From the NCBI GenBank assembly GCA_017608345.1, contig JAFCGA010000001.1:97766-161765 (forward strand): DNA of 64,000 nt. Direction: 5' to 3'. Made by a program: the position numbers and the translations under genes. Numbering within the stretch: position 1 is the first letter of the stretch; every line of letters starts with the position of its first letter. The notes under the pieces were generated by a model that worked only from the letters and a program-made list of their open reading frames with translations, was not told where the DNA came from and searched no databases. The stretch comes from Candidatus Pacearchaeota archaeon (lineage in GTDB: Archaea > Nanobdellota > Nanobdellia > UBA10117 > JAFCGA01). Positions 34,231 to 41,168 of the stretch are shown one piece after another.

Positions 34231-35448
34231 ATGGTAAAAGAATGCTTACCCGAAATGAACATTGGCTTAATCGGCCATGTTGATCATGGAAAAACAACCC
34301 TAACTGCGGCGCTCTCTGGCAAGTGGACAGATATTCATTCTGAAGAACTTAAGCGAGGTATCACTATAAAGTTAGGATACGCAGATGTAGACATACGAAA
34401 GTGTCCCAAATGCAAAGCACAGGAAGCTTACACTACTAAAGAAAAATGTCCGAAATGCAAATCAAAGACTAAACTCCTCAGAAAAGTCTCGCTAATCGAC
34501 GCTCCTGGCCACGAAACGCTTATAGCAATCATGATCTCCGGAGCTGCAATTATGGATGGCGCGCTATTAATGATCGCTGCTAACGAGCCTTGTCCTCAGC
34601 CGCAAACCCGCGAGCATTTAGCTGCATTAAAAATTCTAGGAATCAAAAATCTAGTAATTATTCAAAATAAAGTTGATCTAGTAACTAAAGAAGAAGCTAA
34701 GAAAAATCACAAAGCTATAAACAAGTTCGTAACGGAAGCTCTCGGTTTCGAGGTTCCAATCATACCAATCTCTGCTCAGAAACAAGCAAACGTAGACTTT
34801 GTAGTCGAAGCAATTGAAGAACTTTTGAAAGCTCCAGGCAAATGCAGTGGAAATCCAGAAATGGTAATTGCACGTAGCTTCGACATTAACAAACCTGGAA
34901 CTAAAATTCCCGAACTCTGTGGCGGTGTTCTTGGCGGAGCAATTATTTCCGGCGAGTTCAAAGTCGGAGATAAACTAGAGATCAGACCTGGTCCAAAGAA
35001 CGAGAAAGGACAATGGGAACCTATAATAACGAAGCTGAACTCAATAGCTTGCGGTTGTGTATGCGTTAAATCAAAGTGCTCTGGCGGTTCTATAGCCTTT
35101 GCAACCGCTCTAGATCCTTCGATGACAAAAAGCGACTCCCTTGTAGGTAATCTAGTTGGAATTGCTGGCAAAATGCCTCCGGTTTTTCATAACCTCGAAT
35201 TAGAAACAAAGCTCTTCGGTAAAGTTATGGGCGTTAAAGAAGACACACTTATCGCACCAATAAAAGGTAACGAGCCACTTATGATTTCTGTAAGCACCTG
35301 TACAACGCTCGGAATAGTAGCTCAAGCAGGCAAAAAGATCAGATTAAATCTAAAACGCCCAGTATGCGCACATAAAGGAGATAAGGTAGCAATTTCTCGC
35401 CAGATTAGAAATCGCTGGCATTTGATTGGCTTTGGGATTATTAAATAA
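34231..35448 (+). CDS. eif2g: translation initiation factor aIF2 gamma subunit
   Basis: G-domain NIGLIGHVDHGKTTL, DAPGHE, NKVD; zinc ribbon CPKC...CPKC; 405 aa. Confidence 0.95.
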   Translation: MVKECLPEMNIGLIGHVDHGKTTLTAALSGKWTDIHSEELKRGITIKLGYADVDIRKCPKCKAQEAYTTKEKCPKCKSKTKLLRKVSLIDAPGHETLIAIMISGAAIMDGALLMIAANEPCPQPQTREHLAALKILGIKNLVIIQNKVDLVTKEEAKKNHKAINKFVTEALGFEVPIIPISAQKQANVDFVVEAIEELLKAPGKCSGNPEMVIARSFDINKPGTKIPELCGGVLGGAIISGEFKVGDKLEIRPGPKNEKGQWEPIITKLNSIACGCVCVKSKCSGGSIAFATALDPSMTKSDSLVGNLVGIAGKMPPVFHNLELETKLFGKVMGVKEDTLIAPIKGNEPLMISVSTCTTLGIVAQAGKKIRLNLKRPVCAHKGDKVAISRQIRNRWHLIGFGIIK

Positions 35449-35552
35449 AGCGAGCTGATGAGTGAGCGATTATTCCCGAGCGCAGCGAGCAATCTGCTTC
35501 TTTCTTTTTGGACGCCTAGTTTTTCTTTCTTGCAAGAAAGAAAAAATGGCTT
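35449..35552 (-). repeat. C-type structured repeat (C2, inverted orientation) inserted between the two copies of the aIF2-gamma 3' end
   Basis: Its reverse complement aligns with 38573-38670 and 12748-12859. Shared parts are the polypyrimidine/polypurine hairpin (TTTTTCTTTCTTGCAAGAAAGAAAAA), CCAAAAAGAAAG, and GCTCGCTGCGCTCGGGAATAATCGCTCACTCATCAG. Confidence 0.6.
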
Positions 35553-35594
35553 AGAAATCGCTGGCATTTAATCGGATTCGGAATAATTAAGTAA
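35553..35594 (+). pseudogene. orphan duplicate of the last 13 codons plus stop of aIF2-gamma
   Basis: AGAAATCGCTGGCATTTAATCGGATTCGGAATAATTAAGTAA encodes RNRWHLIGFGIIK*, as does 35407-35448. There are 7 differences and all are synonymous third positions. Confidence 0.7.
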
Positions 35595-35602
35595 ACTGGA
35601 TA

Positions 35603-37288
35603 CTATAATCTCTGTGCTGTTCCAGCGCGTAGTTTAAGCGTAACAGGTATTGTTTCTATATATATATAGTTATAATCTATATCTGCAAGCGCAGTGAGCG
35701 TTTGATAGGGCGCACCGCCGAGGTATTCATCATCTACATAAAAATTCAGATAAACTACTTCACTCTTCCCTACTTCGAGTGGTCGCAAATATTCTCGAAG
35801 ATAGCTCTCAGATAATTCATAGTGCTGCAACTTAGGGTACTGATTTCCGGCTACATAAGTCTGTCCAGTTTTTCTAAATTGGCTTCCCGTGCTAACTGCA
35901 GTCACATGTTTTGCAGGCAATACTAAAGTAAGGCTATTAATCGACAACTGATTACTAAAATCCCCAGATTTAAACGCAATCCCTAAATCTTGTCGGTATG
36001 TTGAAGTTGGCTCGTTTTCAACTGCAGGCAAGAAACTATCTGAAGGGTTCCCGCTGGAAAATACACTAGTAAGAAAATCCTTTTTCGAAACTCTTGCCAA
36101 ACCCATTGACAAGTCAATTGTTTTTCCATCGCTAGCTACGTGCGCTTTAGTCTGATCCGCAGTTATTTTAAAGCGATCTGCTGGATTGCCAATATACGAA
36201 GCAGTATCTGTAACAAATAGATTCTTAGAAACTTTCGCACGCGTATTGTGAATCAGTTTGAAAGTTACTTCGAAAGTTCGTAATGGCATCTTGAGAAGAT
36301 CAGACGTCCCAAGTGGGGGATGAGTACATGTAAATCGAGTATCACTTATACTGGTAACGGTGAATGAGTTTTCTCCTTCGAAACCAAAAAGCTCGCAAGT
36401 CCAATCATGTGCTAACTCTGGTGCTGTCGCTAACGGATCTGGATCAATTCCTAATGTCAACATTACGTTCTCATCTGCAAAAGTGCTAATCGCATCTAAC
36501 GTACCGCTAATGCGAATAGGATCGCCAGTAAAAAAATCCACTGGTGCGCCCAAATCATGAATTACCACACCTGCACCGTCATTAACTACTAATTCCGAAG
36601 AGATTTCTCCTGAATCCCATTGCTGACCGGGTCCAACAGTAATTGTCTGCCACATGTTACTTAAATGCCCTTTAGCTGGTCGGAATGCGTTCATCAATCC
36701 AACTTTGGTTTCTACTCCTTCACTACCTATTACTCCCCCAATATAAGTTCCTTCAACAGAAGGCGCAATAAAGAAGATATATACTAAATAAAGTATTCCC
36801 AGAACTATCAAAATAAGTAATAAATGTCTAAAGAAATACCCCGTTTTATGTCCTGCTTCAGCAATTTTCGCTCTATGCTCTTCGCCTGCTTGCTTCCATC
36901 CTGAAGCAAGAGATGACTCTCTCATTAACGCCTTTTCCTTAAATTTAGCTAATCTGGTTTGCTCTTTTTCTTCTTTTTCTTTAACTGGAATCTCCCGAAC
37001 TTGCTCTTCTTCTATTACTTCTTCCTCGGGGTCTTCTCTCGGTTTCCCACCAATCCATGCAAGAGCTTTTGTCCTGGCTTTTTCTTTAAATTCACCTGCG
37101 CCAGCTTTTGCTTTTTCTTTAAATTGGCTTGTACTTGCTCTTACTCGTGTCGGTGCATATTTAGCTCTAGCACCGAATGATCTAAATCTTGCTGTAAATT
37201 TAAGTGCGCCATTACACCATACACAATAATTCTGACCCGCTGGTGTTTCTTTTCCACAATGAGGACAAATCTCAGATTTTTCAATCAT
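35603..37288 (-). CDS. zinc-ribbon / single-pass membrane protein with a large extracellular domain (561 aa)
   Basis: An N-terminal CPHCGKETPAGQNYCVWC is followed by a Lys/Glu-rich linker, the TM helix FFRHLLLILIVLGILYLVYIFFI, and ~380 aa beyond it. Confidence 0.55.
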   Translation of the reverse strand: MIEKSEICPHCGKETPAGQNYCVWCNGALKFTARFRSFGARAKYAPTRVRASTSQFKEKAKAGAGEFKEKARTKALAWIGGKPREDPEEEVIEEEQVREIPVKEKEEKEQTRLAKFKEKALMRESSLASGWKQAGEEHRAKIAEAGHKTGYFFRHLLLILIVLGILYLVYIFFIAPSVEGTYIGGVIGSEGVETKVGLMNAFRPAKGHLSNMWQTITVGPGQQWDSGEISSELVVNDGAGVVIHDLGAPVDFFTGDPIRISGTLDAISTFADENVMLTLGIDPDPLATAPELAHDWTCELFGFEGENSFTVTSISDTRFTCTHPPLGTSDLLKMPLRTFEVTFKLIHNTRAKVSKNLFVTDTASYIGNPADRFKITADQTKAHVASDGKTIDLSMGLARVSKKDFLTSVFSSGNPSDSFLPAVENEPTSTYRQDLGIAFKSGDFSNQLSINSLTLVLPAKHVTAVSTGSQFRKTGQTYVAGNQYPKLQHYELSESYLREYLRPLEVGKSEVVYLNFYVDDEYLGGAPYQTLTALADIDYNYIYIETIPVTLKLRAGTAQRL

Positions 37289-37362
37289 CTTAATACACTA
37301 TTGATAAGTATTAATCAACCCACACTAATCTAATTTAACCATTTGGCTCTTCTAAGAAGTAG

Positions 37363-38526
37363 TTACTCGTTCTTAATCGTAATCTTAAGCTTGCTTATCT
37401 CAGCATCGTCTTCAGCTGACAAAGTTATCTTATTAGTTCCTTCGTGTATCTTCTCGCAAATATCATCCCTTACTTCGCCGCCTTCGAAAGAATATATCTT
37501 AGCATTGGAATTTATGGTAACAGTAATTTTATCTGCGCCGTGATCTTTTAGCAAGTATAGTTCGCAGTCGTACTTCTTTGGTTGGTTAGCGAAGTACATG
37601 TCATCCTTGCTAACTGAAAAATAGTACCGCTCCGCACCTTCTTCGACTGCTAACTCATTAACAGTTACTTCGGCGTATTTCGTGCTATACTTGCCTCCGC
37701 GGTCTGTAGACCAAGTGATTGTATTTGAGCCGTAATTTAATAAATGAGATGGAAGCGCTACAGTAAGATCAGCATCGGGTATTGCGTTAAAGATTTGCTC
37801 GTCATTCAAAGCAATCTCTAGATTAACTCTGCTTCCGAGGGTTTTAATGAGTGCTGTGAGTTTAGCGGTTTCCATGCTTTTAGCAGAATTCTGTGTCAGC
37901 GAGAAATGCTGAGTTGATTCAGTATCGGGATAGTTATCTATCTCAAGGCGGACGTCAGTTAGCCCGTAGGATTTAGTCCGCCATACATCGCTACCGAGGA
38001 TCGATATCCGGATATTATTGACTTCTTCATGCAAGTACATCCTTGGGAAAGCAATATCTAGAGTCTCACCAACACCTGCCGCTCTTGAAAATACAGTATG
38101 CTGGTTAAGGCGTACAGTTAATATTCCATTTCCAACTTTTTCAGATACAGCAAAATGTAGCCTTGCTGAAGAGAACATGTCTGTGTTGATCGAGAAGTCA
38201 TAATCGTTATGCACAGACTTTATTAGACTCTTCGTGATGGTTAGCTGATCGCTAATATACCTGCTCTCGGGCGCCGGAGAATTATCGATGATGGCCCCAG
38301 ATAGCTTAATCATTTTAATACTCGATCGCTCGCTAGCAGGTCTTATTAATCCCGGAGTAGCATCTAGAATTACATTATTATACTCCGCAGTGGGTAAGTC
38401 CGGCAGCTGTCCCTCTCGCCAAGGAGCTGGCACAATCGCGAAATAGCCAACAATTCCTCCCAGCATAATAAGGATAATCGTCATAGCAGCAGTATTTCCC
38501 TTTAGCTGAGCTCGCTTAGACTTCAT
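37363..38526 (-). CDS. membrane-anchored extracellular protein (387 aa)
   Basis: N-terminal anchor AAMTIILIMLGGIVGYFAIV; no recognisable motif. Confidence 0.5.
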   Translation of the reverse strand: MKSKRAQLKGNTAAMTIILIMLGGIVGYFAIVPAPWREGQLPDLPTAEYNNVILDATPGLIRPASERSSIKMIKLSGAIIDNSPAPESRYISDQLTITKSLIKSVHNDYDFSINTDMFSSARLHFAVSEKVGNGILTVRLNQHTVFSRAAGVGETLDIAFPRMYLHEEVNNIRISILGSDVWRTKSYGLTDVRLEIDNYPDTESTQHFSLTQNSAKSMETAKLTALIKTLGSRVNLEIALNDEQIFNAIPDADLTVALPSHLLNYGSNTITWSTDRGGKYSTKYAEVTVNELAVEEGAERYYFSVSKDDMYFANQPKKYDCELYLLKDHGADKITVTINSNAKIYSFEGGEVRDDICEKIHEGTNKITLSAEDDAEISKLKITIKNE

Positions 38527-38572
38527 AATTTAACTTAAGGTGGTTCCAAATAAATACTTTTCCCCTGTCAAT

Positions 38573-38670
38573 CCCTTTTCTTTGCGAAAGAAAAGGTCTA
38601 GACGTTACCCCAAAAGAAAGCAGTTAACTCCGCTTCGCTCCGAATTAAACGCTCACTCATCAGTTCGCTC
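38573..38670 (+). repeat. C-type structured repeat (C3) in the divergent intergenic region upstream of the primase
   Basis: A perfect 10-bp hairpin CCTTTTCTTT-GCG-AAAGAAAAGG (38574-38596) is followed by CCCCAAAAGAAAG, CTCCGCTTCGCTCCGAATTAAACGCTCACTCATCAG. Confidence 0.6.
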
Positions 38671-38712
38671 TAAACTACCATATTCTTATTAAACTTTCTT
38701 ACTACTAGCAGT

Positions 38713-40068
38713 ATGATGGTTCGCCAATCGGAAGTTATTAAGCATTATTCCAATCCGGCGGTTGCTGCTGAGCTAATTAGAGTATCACAAGATCGAGAGG
38801 TTAGTGTTCAACTGCGGAGTAAGGGTTACGGTAAAAGACCCTCAGTGTTGCAGTTTCCAGCTGAAGTCAAGGATCTGGTTAGATCTGGAGCTACTTCGTT
38901 TCATATGTCAGAAGAAAGATGGTCGGATCCTATGCAATTGCGGACAGATATGAATAAACGGGAGCTGAACGATCTTCGTATTGGCTGGGATTTCATAATC
39001 GATATTGATTGTCCTTGGTTTGAATACTCGACTATTGCCGCTTCGGTGTTGCTCGACGCGATTAAACAACATGGAGTGAAAGCTGCCCTTAAATTCTCAG
39101 GTAATCGTGGCTGGCATATTGGAATTCCGTTTGAAGCTTTTCCCGCAGAGATTGGTCGGCGTAAAACTGAATCTCTTTTTCCAGCAATTACTGCTACGAT
39201 TATAACTTACTTAAAGCAGTATACTGAAAGCTCGATGAGCGACAGAATAATTGAATTTGAGGGCAGTGATGTGAAAAATATTCTAAAACGTACGGGTAGG
39301 AAAAAAGAAGATTTTATGGTATCGGGCAAATTAGACATATTCACGCTTATCGAACTAGACCTTGCCCTCAGCTCCTCACGGCACTTGATAAGAGCACCGT
39401 ATTCAATACACGAGAAGACTGGTCTTATTTCGATTGTTATTGATCCGGATAAGCTGAACTACTTTAAGCGAGAGCATGCTAAACCTGAAAATATAGCGGA
39501 AATTAATGACTCTTTTCTAAATCCTTCAAAGATTGCGGCTGGTTCTGCTTCGCAATTATTGACGCAGGCTCTTGATTTTGAAGCACAAGAGAAAAGTAAA
39601 GCTAATTCTGAAAAAGTTACTGTGGAGTTCGAGCCGTTCGAAGGCAAGGTGCCCAAAGAGAAATTTCCTCCGTGCGTAAAGAATATACTAGCAGGACTAG
39701 AAGACGGTCGTAAAAGATCATTATTTGTTTTGATGAATTTCTTAAAGTCGGTCGGCTGGCCTTGGCCAGATATTGAAAATGAGGTCAGAGAATGGAACTT
39801 AAAGAACAAGCCGCCGATGAAAGACGGCTATCTTAATAGCCAGCTAAAATGGTCCAAGCAACAGAGTTCGGTGTTTCCTCCACCTAATTGCGCAGATGTT
39901 GGCCACTACAAAGATACTGGAATCTGCAAGCCAGACAAGTTCTGCGAGAAAATCAAGAATCCGCTGACGTATGTGAAAAGACAGCTAAGATTTAGTGCTA
40001 CTCAACCTAAACGTAGAAAAAAGAAGAAGTCAGAAGCTCCAGTAAAATCAGCACCAATAAAAACGTGA
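38713..40068 (+). CDS. archaeo-eukaryotic DNA primase, fused PriS-like catalytic domain plus PriL-CTD-like domain
   Basis: WDFIIDIDC and FSGNRGWHIGIPF are PriS catalytic blocks. The C-terminal FPPCVKNILAGLEDGRKRSLFVLMNFLKSVGW resembles the PriL Fe-S domain PPC(M/I) helix region. The tail is basic. Confidence 0.7.
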   Translation: MMVRQSEVIKHYSNPAVAAELIRVSQDREVSVQLRSKGYGKRPSVLQFPAEVKDLVRSGATSFHMSEERWSDPMQLRTDMNKRELNDLRIGWDFIIDIDCPWFEYSTIAASVLLDAIKQHGVKAALKFSGNRGWHIGIPFEAFPAEIGRRKTESLFPAITATIITYLKQYTESSMSDRIIEFEGSDVKNILKRTGRKKEDFMVSGKLDIFTLIELDLALSSSRHLIRAPYSIHEKTGLISIVIDPDKLNYFKREHAKPENIAEINDSFLNPSKIAAGSASQLLTQALDFEAQEKSKANSEKVTVEFEPFEGKVPKEKFPPCVKNILAGLEDGRKRSLFVLMNFLKSVGWPWPDIENEVREWNLKNKPPMKDGYLNSQLKWSKQQSSVFPPPNCADVGHYKDTGICKPDKFCEKIKNPLTYVKRQLRFSATQPKRRKKKKSEAPVKSAPIKT

Positions 40069-40123
40069 TTCTCGTTCACTCAGCCATAAAAATCTACTTA
40101 AGCTTTCTCTCGTAAGTTAATTC

Positions 40124-40900
40124 ATGGTGGACGCGTATAGCTACGAAGATCTTTATGAACTTCTCAGGATAGAAAGAGCGTCAGCTGACCTTGAAAAGCT
40201 AGAACTTAAGGATTTAGAGAAGATCGCCGCATATCTTAAAGCCAAGGAAGAGCTGCTCAAAAAACAGGAAATATCGACAACTTTTTTTAGCACTAAAGGA
40301 CGAGTTAAAATCCAGCTAGAAATAGATAATGCGCTTCAGCTGCTGAAAGATCTATTTGAAAAGCGCGAAGGGAAAGTTGTTAATCGAGCGATGTTTAGCA
40401 TCCGCGCTGATTCCAAGCTAAAAGACACAACTAACATGCTCGAGCATGAAGAGGAGCTATATAATGCGCTTCTCGAGCTACTGCAGAAGAATAAAGAATC
40501 CTTTTTTACAATTATTGAGACGCAGAAAGCGCTAGCTCAATCAACAATTCCTAGCGAACTAGAGATTAAGAGCGCTGCGGAATTAGTTCCGAAGCCAGAG
40601 ATTAGACAAGAAGAATCAAAGACCGAGCTGACAAGTAACGGCTCTGAAAAGCTAGAACCTGCCACTGAAATAAAAAAGCCCGAGCCGGAGATAACGTCAG
40701 ATCCTACTCCAGAAATAGCAGAAGCTCCTTCTAAGCTAACACACGAAACTAAATTAATGGAGTTTCTAGCAGACACGCCCGAGTTCGTAGATGAGACCCT
40801 AACTCCTTGCGGGCCATTTAAACAGGGCGATCAGGCCAAATTATCTTACACAATTTGTAATATTTTACTAAAACAAGGGAAAGCGAAAGAGGTTAATTAA
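40124..40900 (+). CDS. hypothetical protein, possibly GINS-like (N-terminal helical domain) with an acidic low-complexity middle
   Basis: YSYEDLYELLRIERASADLEKLELKDLEKIAAYLKAKEE resembles the archaeal GINS A-domain N-terminus. Primase-adjacent GINS genes are known in other archaea. The call is weak. Confidence 0.35.
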   Translation: MVDAYSYEDLYELLRIERASADLEKLELKDLEKIAAYLKAKEELLKKQEISTTFFSTKGRVKIQLEIDNALQLLKDLFEKREGKVVNRAMFSIRADSKLKDTTNMLEHEEELYNALLELLQKNKESFFTIIETQKALAQSTIPSELEIKSAAELVPKPEIRQEESKTELTSNGSEKLEPATEIKKPEPEITSDPTPEIAEAPSKLTHETKLMEFLADTPEFVDETLTPCGPFKQGDQAKLSYTICNILLKQGKAKEVN

Positions 40901-41124
40901 TGAAACTACAAACATTTAGTATATCCGAATCAGAACTAACAGCTAAAATTAAGGAGCTAGAAGCAGAGTACGATATCCAATTTAGGCCAGAATCAACAGC
41001 TAACACCCACAAAAGGTACAAAACAGCCGAGCCATATGTAAAAGATGGCTATGAATTCGAACTAATTGCGGAATTCTGGAACGGCCAGCTGACAATATAT
41101 CCAACCAGATTAAATACTAATTAA
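40900..41124 (+). CDS. hypothetical protein (74 aa)
   Basis: The ATG shares one base with the upstream stop (TAATG). Confidence 0.35.
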   Translation: MKLQTFSISESELTAKIKELEAEYDIQFRPESTANTHKRYKTAEPYVKDGYEFELIAEFWNGQLTIYPTRLNTN

Positions 41125-41168
41125 CGCTTAAACGAAACTGTTTAAAGGCTTTGCTGAGAGGATATTTT

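Noticed and set aside
35455-35470. CUGAUGAG in the C-type repeats (also on the reverse complement at 38650-38663), reminiscent of the hammerhead ribozyme core
   Set aside because: No matching CGAAA box, stem II or cleavage-site helix could be drawn around it, so the 8-mer alone is not sufficient.
35322-35567. An 81-aa minus-strand ORF spanning the end of aIF2-gamma and the repeat element
   Set aside because: It runs antisense through the aIF2-gamma 3' end and the C-type repeat. It is explained by those features.
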